A stretch of DNA of 64,000 bases, from contig CBDATO010000001.1 of NCBI GenBank assembly GCA_965199805.1, positions 891,264 to 955,263 of the forward strand. Direction: 5' to 3'. Made by a program: the position numbers and the translations under genes. Position 1 is the stretch's first letter. Every line of letters starts with the position of its first letter. Source of the DNA: Frankiaceae bacterium (GTDB lineage: Bacteria; Actinomycetota; Actinomycetes; Frankiales; Frankiaceae). Of the stretch, positions 1-10,725 are shown piece after piece. The notes beneath the pieces are model-generated. The model did no database searches, was not told the DNA's origin, and worked only from the letters and a program-made list of their open reading frames with translations.

Positions 1-477
1 ACCCCGATGCAGTGGTCGCCCGACCGCAACGCCGGCTTCTCCACGTGCGACCCGGCCCGGCTGTACCTGCCGGTGCTGATGGACCCGGTATACGGCTACC
101 AGGCGCTCAACGTCGAGGCCGAGATGCGGCAGGCCGACTCGCTGCTGTGGTGGACCAAGCGGATGATCGACATCCGCAAGCGCCACCCGGTCTTCGGGCT
201 CGGCAGCTACGAGGAGCTCAGCGCGACCAACCCCAGCGTGCTCGCGTACGTCCGCGAGTTCGGCGACGACCGGGTGCTCTGCGTCGCGAACCTCTCCCGC
301 TTCCCGCAGCCGGTCGAGCTCGACCTGCGCCGCTTCGCCGGCTTCCGCCCGGTGGAGATGACCGGTGAGGTGTCGTTCCCGAACATCGGCGAGCTGCCTT
401 ACCTGCTGACGATGCCCGGCCACGGGCACTTCTGGTTCGCCCTCACCCCGGGCGATGAAGGGGGTTACCAACGGTGA
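1..477 (+). CDS. treS: trehalose synthase (maltose alpha-D-glucosyltransferase), C-terminal fragment; 5' end lies outside the window
   Basis: Frame is open from nt 1. TreS-like C-terminus (QWSPDRNAGFS...VANLSRFPQPVELDL). Followed by maltokinase and glgB in the usual GlgE-pathway order. GTGA overlap with the next gene. Confidence 0.85.
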   Translation, partial: TPMQWSPDRNAGFSTCDPARLYLPVLMDPVYGYQALNVEAEMRQADSLLWWTKRMIDIRKRHPVFGLGSYEELSATNPSVLAYVREFGDDRVLCVANLSRFPQPVELDLRRFAGFRPVEMTGEVSFPNIGELPYLLTMPGHGHFWFALTPGDEGGYQR

Positions 478-1883
478 CCGATTTTCCCGGCCTGACCGAC
501 CTGCTCGGCGAATGGATCTCACGGCAGCGCTGGTTCGCCGGCAAGGGCCGTCCCGTCTCGGGCCTGCGGGTCGTCGACACCCACGCGCTCACCCCCGCGG
601 TGCACCACATGATCGTCGCGGTGGACTACGCCGATGGCGAGTCGGACCTCTACCAGGTGCCGGTCACCCAGCTCGACGAGGCCGACATGAGCCGCTCGTA
701 CGCCCGCATCACCGCGGTGCCGGACGAGGAGGCCCCGGCCGACGAGGGCGGGCCCGCCTACTACGACGCGCTGAACGAGCCCGAGGGCACGGCGGCGCTG
801 TACGCGCTGATGCGCGACTTCCGCCGGATCGACGCCCTGACCGGTACGGCGACGCGCTCGCTGGACGACCTGACCGGCCTGCCGATCGGCGCGGAGCAGT
901 CCAACACCAGCGTGGTCTTCGGCGACGCGTACATCATGAAGGTCTTCCGCCGGATCGCCCCCGGCACCAATCCCGACCTCGAGCTCACCCGCGCCCTGGC
1001 CGAGGCGGGCAGTGCCCACGTCGCGGCACCGGTCGGGTGGATCGAGGACGAGCTCGACGGCCGCACGACGACCCTCGCCGTCTGCGCCGAGTTCCACAAG
1101 AGCGGCTCCGAGGGCTGGAAGCTCGCGCTGGCCAGCGTGCGCGACCTCTTCGCCGAGGCCGACCTGCACGCCGACGAGGTGGGCGGCGACTTCGCGGCCG
1201 AGTCCGAGCGGCTCGGTGCGGCGACGGCGGAGGTGCACGCGCTGCTGGCGAACCGGTTGCCCTCACGGCCCGCCCGGCCCGACGAGTTCACGATCACCTC
1301 CGAGCGGATGCTCGCGCAGCTCGAGACCGTCGTCGGCGTCGTGGGCGAGCTGGAGCCGTTCGCCGCGGCGCTGCGCGAGATCTTCGCGGCGCTGCCCGAC
1401 CTGGCACACGCGGACGGCCCGGCCGTCACGGTGCAGCGCATCCACGGCGACTACCACCTCGGGCAGGTGCTCCGCATCGACTCCGGGTGGCTGCTGCTGG
1501 ACTTCGAGGGCGAGCCGGCCCGGCCGCTCGCCGAGCGCATCCAGCTGGCCTCACCGCTGCGTGACGTCGCCGGGATGCTGCGCAGCTTCGACTACGCCTC
1601 CCGCTTCCTGTTGCAGGAGCGCGCCGACTCGCACAACCTCGCGTACCGCGCGGAGGAGTGGGCAGAGCGCAATCGTTCGGCGTTCTGCGACGGCTATGCC
1701 GAGTACGCCGGATCCGACCCCCGCGAGCACGCCCAGCTGTTGCGCACCTTCGAGTTGGACAAGGCGGTGTACGAGGTGTTGTACGAAGCGCGTCACCGGC
1801 CCACCTGGGTCACCATCCCGCTGGCGGCCATCGAGCGGCTCGTCGGTCAGCAGTCCGGCGACGCCGATGCGCAGGTGAGCTGA
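474..1883 (+). CDS. pep2: maltokinase (maltose 1-phosphate-forming)
   Basis: 469-aa ORF. Maltokinase N-terminal cap ([12 protein letters not shown]) plus a kinase core ([17 protein letters not shown]). Translationally coupled to treS and glgB. Confidence 0.88.
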   Translation: MTDFPGLTDLLGEWISRQRWFAGKGRPVSGLRVVDTHALTPAVHHMIVAVDYADGESDLYQVPVTQLDEADMSRSYARITAVPDEEAPADEGGPAYYDALNEPEGTAALYALMRDFRRIDALTGTATRSLDDLTGLPIGAEQSNTSVVFGDAYIMKVFRRIAPGTNPDLELTRALAEAGSAHVAAPVGWIEDELDGRTTTLAVCAEFHKSGSEGWKLALASVRDLFAEADLHADEVGGDFAAESERLGAATAEVHALLANRLPSRPARPDEFTITSERMLAQLETVVGVVGELEPFAAALREIFAALPDLAHADGPAVTVQRIHGDYHLGQVLRIDSGWLLLDFEGEPARPLAERIQLASPLRDVAGMLRSFDYASRFLLQERADSHNLAYRAEEWAERNRSAFCDGYAEYAGSDPREHAQLLRTFELDKAVYEVLYEARHRPTWVTIPLAAIERLVGQQSGDADAQVS

Positions 1884-4306
1884 TGCCGGGTCCCCGTCGG
1901 CCGCTGCGTCCCACGCGCTCGACCACCCCGCCGCTGCGGGCCGAAGCCTCCGACGCACCCGATCGGCATGACCCGACGACCGACGTGCCCGTCACGGATT
2001 CCCCGCTGACCACCGGGCTCGGGGTCGAGCCGACCCAGGACCTGCCCGTGCCGGTCGAGCCCGTCGCGACGCCCACGGAGACGGCGGCCACGGAGACGGC
2101 GGCCACCACCTCGTCTTCCTTCACGCCGTCGAGCCAGGAGCTGGACACGCTGGTCGGCGGGGCGCACCACGACCCGCACGGCGTGCTCGGCGCCCACGCG
2201 GTCGCCGGCCATCTCGTCGTGCGCACCCTGCGGCCCAACGCCCGGTCCGTGACCGTCGTCGCGGGCGACGAACGCGCCGAGGCGCAGCACGTCTTCGGCG
2301 GGGTGTGGCAGGCGGTGCTGGCCGGTGAGGCCGTGCGCGACTACCGCCTCGACGTGGCGTACGGCGACGAGGCCACCGGCATCACGATCCACACCGTCGA
2401 CGACCCCTACCGCTACCTGCCGACGCTCGGCGAGGTCGACCTGCACCTGCTCGGCGAGGGTCGGCACGAGCGGCTCTGGGAGGTGCTCGGCTCGCACGTG
2501 CGCCGTTACGACAGCCCGGGCGGCACGGTCGTCGGCACCAGCTTCGCGGTGTGGGCCCCCAATGCCCGCGGCGTCCGGGTCGCCGGCGACTTCAACTTCT
2601 GGGACGGCAGCGCGTATCCGATGCGCTCGCTCGGCTCGTCCGGCGTCTGGGAGCTCTTCGTCCCCGGCGTCGTCGCCGGATCGACGTACAAGTACCAGGT
2701 CCTCGGCTCCGACAGCATCTGGCGCGAGAAGGCCGACCCGATGGCCCGGCAGACCGAGATCCCGCCGGCCACCGCGAGCGTCGTCACCGAGACGCACTAC
2801 GACTGGAACGACACCGACTGGCTCACCGCCCGGGCCGACACGAAGTGGCACGCGGCCCCGGTCTCGATCTACGAGGTGCACCTCGGGTCGTGGCGCGTGG
2901 GGCTGAGCTACCGCGAGCTGGCCACCGAGCTCGTCGAGTACGTCCGCGACCACGGCTTCACCCACGTGGAGCTGCTGCCGGTCGCCGAGCACCCGTTCGG
3001 CGGCTCGTGGGGCTACCAGGTCACCTCGTACTACGCCCCGACCTCGCGCTTCGGCAGCCCCGACGACTTCCGCTTCTTCGTCGACGCGCTGCACCAGGCC
3101 GGCATCGGCGTGCTGCTCGACTGGGTGCCCGCCCACTTCCCGAAGGACGCGTGGGCACTCGGCCGCTTCGACGGCACGCCGCTGTACGAGCACCCCGACC
3201 CGCGGCGCGGCGAGCAGCTCGACTGGGGCACCTACGTCTTCGACTTCGGTCGCAAGGAGGTGCGCAACTTCCTGGTGGCCAACGCGCTGTACTGGTGCGA
3301 CGAGTTCCACATCGACGGGCTGCGGGTCGACGCCGTCGCGTCGATGCTCTACCTCGACTACTCCCGGCCCGAGGGCCAGTGGGCGCCCAACCAGTTCGGC
3401 GGGCGCGAGAACCTCGAGGCGGTCGCGTTCCTGCAGGAGGCGAACGCGACGGTCTACCGCGACTTCCCCGGCGTCATGATGATCGCCGAGGAGTCGACGG
3501 CGTGGCCGGGCGTCACCCGGCCGACCGACTCCGACGGGCTCGGCTTCGGCTTCAAGTGGAACATGGGCTGGATGCACGACACCCTGGACTACCTGTCCAA
3601 GGAGCCGATCTACCGCGCCTACCACCACCATCAGATGACCTTCTCGATGGTGTACGCGTACTCCGAGAACTACGTGCTGCCCATCTCGCACGACGAGGTG
3701 GTCCACGGCAAGGGCTCGCTGCTGCGCAAGATGCCGGGTGACCGGTGGCAGCAGCTCGCCGGTCTGCGGTCGCTGCTCGCCTACATGTGGGCCCACCCCG
3801 GCAAGCAGCTCCTGTTCATGGGCTGCGAGTTTGGCCAGGAGTCCGAGTGGTCGGAGTCGCGATCACTCGACTGGTGGCTGCTGGACAACCCCGACCACGC
3901 GGGCGTCTCACGTCTCGTGCGCGACCTCAACGCGGTCTACCGCGACACCCCGGCGTTGTGGACACGCGACGTCGACCCGGCCGGCTTCGCCTGGATCGAG
4001 TCGAACGACTCGAGCCGCAACGTGTTCTCGTTCGTCCGCAACGGCGGGATCGCCGGGTCGCCGGACTCGTTGCTCGCCTGCGTGGCGAACTTCTCCGGCG
4101 GGCCGCACGAGAACTACCGGATCGGGCTGCCCCGCGCCGGCCGCTGGACCGAGGTCATCAACACCGACGGTGACGTGTACGCCGGCTCCGGGGTCGGCAA
4201 CCTCGGCGCGGTGCACACCGAGCCGACCCCGTGGCACGGGCTCCCTCAGTCGACCACGCTGCGCGTCCCGCCGCTCGGCACGCTCTGGCTGCGCTGGGAC
4301 GGCTGA
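1883..4306 (+). CDS. glgB: 1,4-alpha-glucan branching enzyme
   Basis: GH13 branching-enzyme motifs ([40 protein letters not shown]). The ATG at 1883 overlaps the pep2 stop (ATGA). The track ORF start at 1658 lies inside pep2 and was rejected. Confidence 0.92.
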   Translation: MPGPRRPLRPTRSTTPPLRAEASDAPDRHDPTTDVPVTDSPLTTGLGVEPTQDLPVPVEPVATPTETAATETAATTSSSFTPSSQELDTLVGGAHHDPHGVLGAHAVAGHLVVRTLRPNARSVTVVAGDERAEAQHVFGGVWQAVLAGEAVRDYRLDVAYGDEATGITIHTVDDPYRYLPTLGEVDLHLLGEGRHERLWEVLGSHVRRYDSPGGTVVGTSFAVWAPNARGVRVAGDFNFWDGSAYPMRSLGSSGVWELFVPGVVAGSTYKYQVLGSDSIWREKADPMARQTEIPPATASVVTETHYDWNDTDWLTARADTKWHAAPVSIYEVHLGSWRVGLSYRELATELVEYVRDHGFTHVELLPVAEHPFGGSWGYQVTSYYAPTSRFGSPDDFRFFVDALHQAGIGVLLDWVPAHFPKDAWALGRFDGTPLYEHPDPRRGEQLDWGTYVFDFGRKEVRNFLVANALYWCDEFHIDGLRVDAVASMLYLDYSRPEGQWAPNQFGGRENLEAVAFLQEANATVYRDFPGVMMIAEESTAWPGVTRPTDSDGLGFGFKWNMGWMHDTLDYLSKEPIYRAYHHHQMTFSMVYAYSENYVLPISHDEVVHGKGSLLRKMPGDRWQQLAGLRSLLAYMWAHPGKQLLFMGCEFGQESEWSESRSLDWWLLDNPDHAGVSRLVRDLNAVYRDTPALWTRDVDPAGFAWIESNDSSRNVFSFVRNGGIAGSPDSLLACVANFSGGPHENYRIGLPRAGRWTEVINTDGDVYAGSGVGNLGAVHTEPTPWHGLPQSTTLRVPPLGTLWLRWDG

Positions 4307-4325
4307 AGACCAAGGAATTGACGAC

Positions 4326-5252
4326 CTAGAAGAGTGCGTTGGCGAGGGCCCGTCGGGCAGGGATGACCGACGGGTGCTCGCCGAGCATGTCGAACAGGTC
4401 GAGCAGGCGCTGCCGGACGTCCTCACGCTCGTCACCGCTGCTGTCCTTGACCAGCGCGATGAGGGCACCGAGGCCGTTGTCGACGTCGCCGGTGGCGATG
4501 AGCAGATCCGCGACCTGCAGCCGGGTCTCGCGGCTGGTGTCGCCGGACTGCACCCGCTGCTGCAGGTCCTGCTGGTCGATGCCCTCGAGCCGGCGGGCGA
4601 GGCCCACCTGCGCCAGACCGCTCTTGGCGTCGGCGTCGTCGGGGGCCTCGTTGAGCCGGTTACGGAAGTGCTGGGCGGCGCCGTCGAGGTCACCGGTCTC
4701 GAGCGCCGTGTACGCGGCCTCGACCTCCGGTGCGAGCGGCGGCAGCTCGGGTGCCCCGTCCGGACCCGTCTCCGGCCCACCCGGCGCGTTCTGCTGGGCG
4801 AGCGCGACGACCTGGTCGATCCAGCCGCGCACCTCGCGCTCGGGCAGCGCGCCGGTGAACTCGGCGACCAGCTGCCCGTTCACCACGGCCTTGACGGCCG
4901 GGATGCCCTGGACGGCGGCGGCCTGCGCGAGCCGGGGGTTCGCGTCCACGTCGATCTTGGCGAGGACCCAGCTGCCGCCGTCGGCGTCGGCGAGCTTCTC
5001 GAGGATCGGGGAGAGCTGGCGGCACGGGCCGCACCACGAGGCCCAGAAGTCCAGGACCACCGGCACGGTACGGCTGCGCTCGACGACCTCGGTCGGGAAG
5101 CTCTCCTCGGTCACGTCGATGACGTGAACGCTGGTGGAGGCCCCGGCGGCCGGACCGCCCGCGGGCGGCGCGGAGCGGGCCGAGAGGTCGACGGCTCCGG
5201 GCAGGTTGATGCTGGTCGGATCGAATCGGCGCACGTCCACATCCAACCGCAC
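4326..5252 (-). CDS. thioredoxin-domain protein with C-terminal TPR-like region (YbbN/CnoX-like)
   Basis: WCGPC active site (DFWASWCGPCRQL) followed by a helical repeat region. GTG start at 5252. Confidence 0.8.
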   Translation of the reverse strand: MRLDVDVRRFDPTSINLPGAVDLSARSAPPAGGPAAGASTSVHVIDVTEESFPTEVVERSRTVPVVLDFWASWCGPCRQLSPILEKLADADGGSWVLAKIDVDANPRLAQAAAVQGIPAVKAVVNGQLVAEFTGALPEREVRGWIDQVVALAQQNAPGGPETGPDGAPELPPLAPEVEAAYTALETGDLDGAAQHFRNRLNEAPDDADAKSGLAQVGLARRLEGIDQQDLQQRVQSGDTSRETRLQVADLLIATGDVDNGLGALIALVKDSSGDEREDVRQRLLDLFDMLGEHPSVIPARRALANALF

Positions 5253-5337
5253 GAGGCCCTCATCTAGTCCGCCATCGGGTCCGCCGGGTCACCGGTCTAC
5301 CGTGAACGCTCACCCGCTCCGTTCGAAGGGCAGCCCC

Positions 5338-6549
5338 ATGGCCGAGCAGCAGCGCATCCTTTACGCGACCGCCGTCTTCGACGAGGACGAGATCGCCGCC
5401 GTCAACGAGGTGCTGTCCTCGGGCCCCAACGGCATCCGCATCGGCAAGCACGTCGCCCATGCCGAGCAGACCGTCGCGGAGCTGGTCGGCAAGCGGCACG
5501 GGGTGATGGTCGACTCCGGCTCCGCCGCCCTCTTCCTGGCCGTCGAGCTGCTCGACCTGCCGAAGGGCAGCGAGGTCATCACGTCGCCGCTCACGTTCTC
5601 CACCGACATCTCCGCGCTCGTCCGCGCCGGGCTGGTGCCGGTCTTCGTCGACGTGGAGCCCGACACCTTCAACGTCGACGCCTCGCTGATCGAGGCGGAG
5701 ATCGGTCCCGACACCCGGGCGATCCTGCTGCCCAACCTCGCCGGCAACGCCCCCGACTGGGACATGGTGCGGGCGGTCGCCGACAAGCACGGTCTCAAGG
5801 TCATCGAGGACTCCTGCGACGCGCTCGGCCCGACGCTGCGCGGCACACCCACCGCCGACCGGGCCGACATCACGCTGACGAGCTTCTCCCCTTCGCACAT
5901 CGTCACCGGTGCTGGCTCGGGCGGCATGGTGTGCCTCGACGACGACGCGCTGTGGGACCGCTGCGTCACGCTGCGCGGCTGGGGCCGGCGCTCGGAGGTG
6001 CAGCTCTACGGCAGCCGGGCCGGCGAGCACGACTTCTGGACCGACGTCGACGGCCTCGAGTACGACAACATGTTCATCTTCGACGAGCTCGGCTGGAACT
6101 TCCTGCCGTCGGAGATCTCCGCGGCGTTCCTCGGCGGTCAGCTGCGCAAGCTGCCGGTCAACCTGGCCCGGCGGCAGCGTACGTACGCCCGCTACACCAG
6201 CTTCTTCGCCGGCCACGGCGAGTACTTCGTGCCGCCGCGCCAGACCGACGGCCTCGACACCGCGTGGCTCAGCTACTGCTTCCAGGTGCGGCCCGACGCC
6301 GGCTTCACCCGCGCCGACCTGCAGGCGGGCCTGTCCGAGCGCGGCGTCGACACCCGCACGGTCTGGACCGGCAACGCCGCCCGCCAGCCGATGATGAAGG
6401 GCGTCGCCTTCCGCCAGCCCGCCGGCGGCCTGCCCAACGCCGACACGGTGATGCAGCACGGCGTGCTCATCTCGTGCAGCCACTCGCTGGGTGACGACGA
6501 CATCGACTACGTCTGCAGCACCATCGACGACTTCCTCGCCTCACGCTGA
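5338..6549 (+). CDS. DegT/RfbH-family PLP/PMP-dependent enzyme (RfbH-like, possible sugar dehydratase/aminotransferase)
   Basis: 403 aa from the ATG at 5338. Resembles RfbH/E1 (VPVFVDVEPDTFNVDASLIEAE, IEDSCDALG, RGWGR). The Schiff-base position reads SFSPSHIVTG, with His where aminotransferases have Lys. Confidence 0.75.
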   Translation: MAEQQRILYATAVFDEDEIAAVNEVLSSGPNGIRIGKHVAHAEQTVAELVGKRHGVMVDSGSAALFLAVELLDLPKGSEVITSPLTFSTDISALVRAGLVPVFVDVEPDTFNVDASLIEAEIGPDTRAILLPNLAGNAPDWDMVRAVADKHGLKVIEDSCDALGPTLRGTPTADRADITLTSFSPSHIVTGAGSGGMVCLDDDALWDRCVTLRGWGRRSEVQLYGSRAGEHDFWTDVDGLEYDNMFIFDELGWNFLPSEISAAFLGGQLRKLPVNLARRQRTYARYTSFFAGHGEYFVPPRQTDGLDTAWLSYCFQVRPDAGFTRADLQAGLSERGVDTRTVWTGNAARQPMMKGVAFRQPAGGLPNADTVMQHGVLISCSHSLGDDDIDYVCSTIDDFLASR

Positions 6550-6554
6550 CCGGG

Positions 6555-8069
6555 GTGACCGAGGCACCGGTCCCGTTCGGTGAGGCGCCCAGCTCGATCT
6601 TCGACGTGCTGGGCGACATCGTCCTGCACTTCGACGGCACGGGACGGCTGACCGGGGCGAGCGCCCCGGCCACCGAGTTCCTCGCCGACCGGGTGGGCCT
6701 GGGGGCGTCGTGGCACGACCTGCTGGAGGCGGTGTCCACCGACATCACCGAGCAGGAGCGCATCGACATCCCGGGCACGGTCGCGAGCCAGGGCTTCTGG
6801 CGCGGTCAGCTCGAGGTCCGCGATGTCGCCGACGTCACCGAGACGTACGCCGCGACGGTCGCGCGCGACGTCGTGGGACCGGACGGCGCCGGCTTCCTCG
6901 TCGTCCTGCGCTCCCTCGGCGAGACCCGCCGCCGTGAGGCGGCCGAGCGCGAGCTCGAGGTACGCGACGAGTTCACCGCCCGGCTCGGCCACGAGCTGCG
7001 CACCCCGCTGAACGCCGTCCTCGGGTTCGCCCAGCTGCTGGAGCTCGAGGAGGAGCTCGATCGCCAGCAGCGCGACGGCGTCGAGCGCATCCTCACCGCC
7101 GGTCGCCACATGCAGGCGCTGCTCGACGACGTGCTCGACCTCGCCCGGGTACGCACCGGCGGGGTCGACCTCGACGTCGGACCGGTGCGCGTGCTCGAGG
7201 TGGTGCGCGGGGTCGTCGACCTCATGCATCCGCTCGCCGACAAGCGTGGCATCCGGCGCTACGTCGAACCGGCCGAGGACCTCATCGCCCTGCTCGACCG
7301 GCGCCGGCTCTGGCAGGTGCTGCTCAACCTGATCGGCAACGCCGTGAAGTACGGACGCGAGGGCGGCACCGTCCGTGTCGGCGTGAGCAGCCAGGACGAG
7401 GGCCGGCTGCGTATCGAGGTCGCCGACGACGGGCCCGGTATAGAGCCCGCACAGCTCGACCGGCTGTTCCGGCCCTTCGAACGGCTCGGCGCCGAACGAA
7501 CGGGTGTCGAGGGCACCGGCCTCGGGCTCGCCCTGTCCAAGGCGCTGGCTCTCGCGATGGGCGGCACGCTGTCGGCGACGAGCCGGATGGGCGCCGGATC
7601 GACCTTCGCGCTGGACCTCGAGGCTGTCGGCAGTGACGAGCTGGCCGCGCTCTCCGAGGAGCCCACCGGCCCGGTCGCCACCGTGCTGCACCTCGGCGCC
7701 GACCCCAACGCGCAGGCCCTCGTGGCGCGGGCGCTACGCAACCGGCTGGCGGTCGAGGTGCTGTCGGTCAACCGGGCGGCGGTCGCGCTCGACGCGATCC
7801 ACCGCCATCACCCCGCTGTCATCGTCATCGACACCGACCTGCCCGACGCCGTCGGCACCGAGCTGCTGCACCGCCTCGGCGCCGATCCGCTGTCGGCGCT
7901 GGTACCGAAGGTGGTGCTGACCAGCGAGACCGACCCCCGCGTCCACCTGCGGCTGCGCGCCGCCGGGGCGCTGCACGTCCTGCCGCTGCCGCTCGACGTC
8001 CGGTCCTTCGTCGACACCGTCAACGAGCTGCTGACCCAGCGCCCCCCGACCGCCGCCGAGGCGCACTGA
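6555..8069 (+). CDS. hybrid sensor histidine kinase (PAS-like, HisKA, HATPase_c, C-terminal receiver)
   Basis: H-box GHELRTPLNAVLGF, N-box LLNLIGNAVKY, G-boxes DDGPGI and GTGLGLA. C-terminal REC-like domain (VIVIDTDLPD). Confidence 0.85.
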   Translation: MTEAPVPFGEAPSSIFDVLGDIVLHFDGTGRLTGASAPATEFLADRVGLGASWHDLLEAVSTDITEQERIDIPGTVASQGFWRGQLEVRDVADVTETYAATVARDVVGPDGAGFLVVLRSLGETRRREAAERELEVRDEFTARLGHELRTPLNAVLGFAQLLELEEELDRQQRDGVERILTAGRHMQALLDDVLDLARVRTGGVDLDVGPVRVLEVVRGVVDLMHPLADKRGIRRYVEPAEDLIALLDRRRLWQVLLNLIGNAVKYGREGGTVRVGVSSQDEGRLRIEVADDGPGIEPAQLDRLFRPFERLGAERTGVEGTGLGLALSKALALAMGGTLSATSRMGAGSTFALDLEAVGSDELAALSEEPTGPVATVLHLGADPNAQALVARALRNRLAVEVLSVNRAAVALDAIHRHHPAVIVIDTDLPDAVGTELLHRLGADPLSALVPKVVLTSETDPRVHLRLRAAGALHVLPLPLDVRSFVDTVNELLTQRPPTAAEAH

Positions 8070-9035
8070 TCAGATCGCGGCAACCACCCGGTCCGCCGCC
8101 TCGTACGGGTCCAACTCCCCCGCGGCGACGGCGCCCGCCAACTCGGTGAGCGCCGACCGGCTGCGCACCTCGGCGACCCGCCCGAGCAGCTCGGCGACGG
8201 CGATCGCCTCGATCTCGGCGCGGGCCCGGGCGGTACGACGGCGCGCCAGCTCGCCGCTCGTGCGCAGGTGCTCGCGGTGCCGGTCCAGCTCGGCGAGCAG
8301 CTGGTCGATGCCGACGCCGGTCGCGGCGACGGTGCGGCACACCGGCGGGGTCCAGCCGGGGTCGCGCCCGCTGCCGCCGAGCGCCAGCATGCCCTCGAGC
8401 TCGCGGACCGCACGGTCGGCGCCGTCACGGTCGGCCTTGTTGACGACCAGCACGTCGCCGACCTCGAGGATGCCGGCCTTCGCCGCCTGGATGGCGTCGC
8501 CCATCCCGGGCGCCACGAGTACGACCGTGGTGTCGGCCAGGGCGGCGATCTCCACCTCGGCCTGACCGACGCCGACGGTCTCGATCAGCACCACGTCGCA
8601 GCCCGCCGCCTCCAGCACCCGCAGGGCCTGCGGGGTCGCCCAGGACAGGCCGCCGAGCCGGCCGCGGGAGGCCATGGAGCGGATGAAGACGTCGGGGTCG
8701 AGCGCGTGCTCCTGCATGCGTACCCGGTCACCGAGCAGGGCGCCCCCGCTGAACGGGGACGACGGGTCGACGGCCAGCACCCCCACCCGTTCGCCGCGCG
8801 CCCGTAATGCACCGACCAGGGCCGAGGTGGTGGTCGACTTGCCGACCCCTGGGGATCCGGTGAGCCCGACGACGGACGTACGTCCCGGCTCGCTCAGCGG
8901 GGTGAGCAGCCGGACGGCCTCACGCACCTGCGAAGACGCGTCCTCGATCAGCGAGATGAGCCGCGCGACCGCGCGCTGCTGCCCATCCCGGGCGCCGTCG
9001 ACCAGCTCAGGGAGCGACTGCGCCCGCCGCGTCAC
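8070..9035 (-). CDS. meaB: methylmalonyl-CoA mutase-associated GTPase
   Basis: ArgK/MeaB P-loop GSPGVGKST, LIETVGVGQ, VVNKADR. Its stop directly abuts the convergent kinase stop (TGATCA). Confidence 0.9.
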   Translation of the reverse strand: MTRRAQSLPELVDGARDGQQRAVARLISLIEDASSQVREAVRLLTPLSEPGRTSVVGLTGSPGVGKSTTTSALVGALRARGERVGVLAVDPSSPFSGGALLGDRVRMQEHALDPDVFIRSMASRGRLGGLSWATPQALRVLEAAGCDVVLIETVGVGQAEVEIAALADTTVVLVAPGMGDAIQAAKAGILEVGDVLVVNKADRDGADRAVRELEGMLALGGSGRDPGWTPPVCRTVAATGVGIDQLLAELDRHREHLRTSGELARRRTARARAEIEAIAVAELLGRVAEVRSRSALTELAGAVAAGELDPYEAADRVVAAI

Positions 9036-9051
9036 CAGGCGTCACCAGTCG

Positions 9052-10236
9052 TCAGCCCGCGACCTTGAGGATGATCGCGTCGCCCTGCCCGCCGCCGCCG
9101 CAGAGGCCCGCGGCTCCGACTCCGCCGCCGCGACGCGCCAGCTCGAGCGCCAGCGTGAGCACGATCCGCGCACCGGACATCCCGACCGGGTGGCCGAGGC
9201 TGATGGCGCCGCCGTTGACGTTGACCCTGTCGGCGTCGAGGCCGAGCTCCTTCATGGACTGCACGCCCACGGAGGCGAAGGCCTCGTTGATCTCGACGAG
9301 GTCCAGGTCGGACGCGGCCAGACCCTCCTTCGCGAGCGCCTGGGCGATGGCGTTGGCCGGCTGCGACTGCAGCGACGCGTCGGGACCGGCGACGAAGCCG
9401 GCCGCCCCGATCTCGGCGAGGATCGGCAGCCCGAGCTCCTCCGCCTTGGCCCGCGACATGATGACCATGGCGCAGCCGCCGTCCGAGATCTGCGACGACG
9501 AGCCCGCGGTGATGGTGCCGTCGGCGGCGAAGGCCGGGCGCAGCTTGGCCAGCGCCTCGGTGGTGGTGCCCGGGCGTACGCCCTCGTCCTCGCTGACGAT
9601 CAGCGGCTCACCCTTGCGCTGCGGGATCTCCAACGGGACGATCTCGGCGTCGAACCGGCCGTCCTTCATGGCGGCGGCGGCGCGCTCGTGGGAGCGGGCG
9701 CTGAACTCGTCCTGCTCCTCGCGGGTGAGGCCGAGCTTGGCGTTGTAGCTCTCGGTCGACTCGCCCATGACGACCTGGTTGAAGGCGCAGAAGAGGGCGT
9801 CGTGGGAGATCGCGTCGTGCATGGTGGCCTCGCCGTAGCGGAAGCCGGCGCGCGCGCCCGGCAGCAGGTGCGGCGCGTTGGTCATCGACTCCATGCCGCC
9901 CGCGACGACGACGTCGTACTGGCCGCTGGAGATGTAGAGGTCGGCCAGCGCGACGGCATTCAGGCCGGACAGGCACACCTTGTTGATCGTGATGGCGGGC
10001 ACCTGCATCGGGATGCCGGCCTGCACGGCGGCCTGCCGCGCGGTGATCTGCCCGGCGCCGGCCTGGATGACGTGGCCCATGATCACGTAATCGACCTGAT
10101 CGCCGCTGATGCCGGCGCGCTCGAGGGCGCCGCGGATGGCGGCCGCCCCGAGGTCGACGGCGGTGAAGCTCTTCAGCGCCCCGGAGAGCTTGCCGATCGG
10201 GGTGCGCGCGCCGGCGACGATGACGGATCCAGGCAT
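9052..10236 (-). CDS. acetyl-CoA C-acetyltransferase (thiolase)
   Basis: Thiolase motifs ([30 protein letters not shown]). Start placed at the ATG at 10236 ([15 protein letters not shown]) rather than the track start at 10287. Confidence 0.9.
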   Translation of the reverse strand: MPGSVIVAGARTPIGKLSGALKSFTAVDLGAAAIRGALERAGISGDQVDYVIMGHVIQAGAGQITARQAAVQAGIPMQVPAITINKVCLSGLNAVALADLYISSGQYDVVVAGGMESMTNAPHLLPGARAGFRYGEATMHDAISHDALFCAFNQVVMGESTESYNAKLGLTREEQDEFSARSHERAAAAMKDGRFDAEIVPLEIPQRKGEPLIVSEDEGVRPGTTTEALAKLRPAFAADGTITAGSSSQISDGGCAMVIMSRAKAEELGLPILAEIGAAGFVAGPDASLQSQPANAIAQALAKEGLAASDLDLVEINEAFASVGVQSMKELGLDADRVNVNGGAISLGHPVGMSGARIVLTLALELARRGGGVGAAGLCGGGGQGDAIILKVAG

Positions 10237-10255
10237 CGTGCCAGGATACGGTCTC

Positions 10256-10708
10256 GTGACTTCACCGACTCCGCTCTTCACCCGCATCGATCACGTCGGC
10301 ATCGCCGTCCCCAACCTCGACGAGGCCATCGCCTGGTACGAGTCGAGCTTCGGCCTCACCGTCACCGCGCGTGAGACGAACGAGGCCCAGGGCGTCCACG
10401 AGGCGATGCTCGCGGTGCAGCTGCACGGGACCCCGGTCTTCGGCGGCTCGTTCGTCCAACTGCTCGAGCCGACGAAGGAGGACTCGCCGGTCGGCAAGTT
10501 CCTCGCCAAGAAGGGTCCCGGCATCCACCACGTGGCCTACGGGGTCGCCGACGTGACCGGCGCACTGGAGCAGCTCGGCGCGAAGGGTCTGCAGCTCATC
10601 GACCTGCACCCGCGCCACGGCGCCATGAATTCGAGCATCGCCTTCGTGCACCCGAAGTCGGTCGGCGGCGTGCTCACCGAGCTGGTGCAGGCAGCGACCC
10701 AGGCCTGA
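10256..10708 (+). CDS. mce: methylmalonyl-CoA epimerase (VOC/glyoxalase fold)
   Basis: [18 protein letters not shown] and [10 protein letters not shown] motifs. GTG start at 10256 avoids overlap with the thiolase. Lies next to the thiolase and meaB. Confidence 0.85.
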   Translation: MTSPTPLFTRIDHVGIAVPNLDEAIAWYESSFGLTVTARETNEAQGVHEAMLAVQLHGTPVFGGSFVQLLEPTKEDSPVGKFLAKKGPGIHHVAYGVADVTGALEQLGAKGLQLIDLHPRHGAMNSSIAFVHPKSVGGVLTELVQAATQA

Positions 10709-10725
10709 AGTCGCACGCCGGCCGG

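Noticed and set aside
1847-3796. 649-aa minus-strand ORF
   Set aside because: It is antisense to glgB, has no recognisable motifs, and shows shadow-ORF composition.
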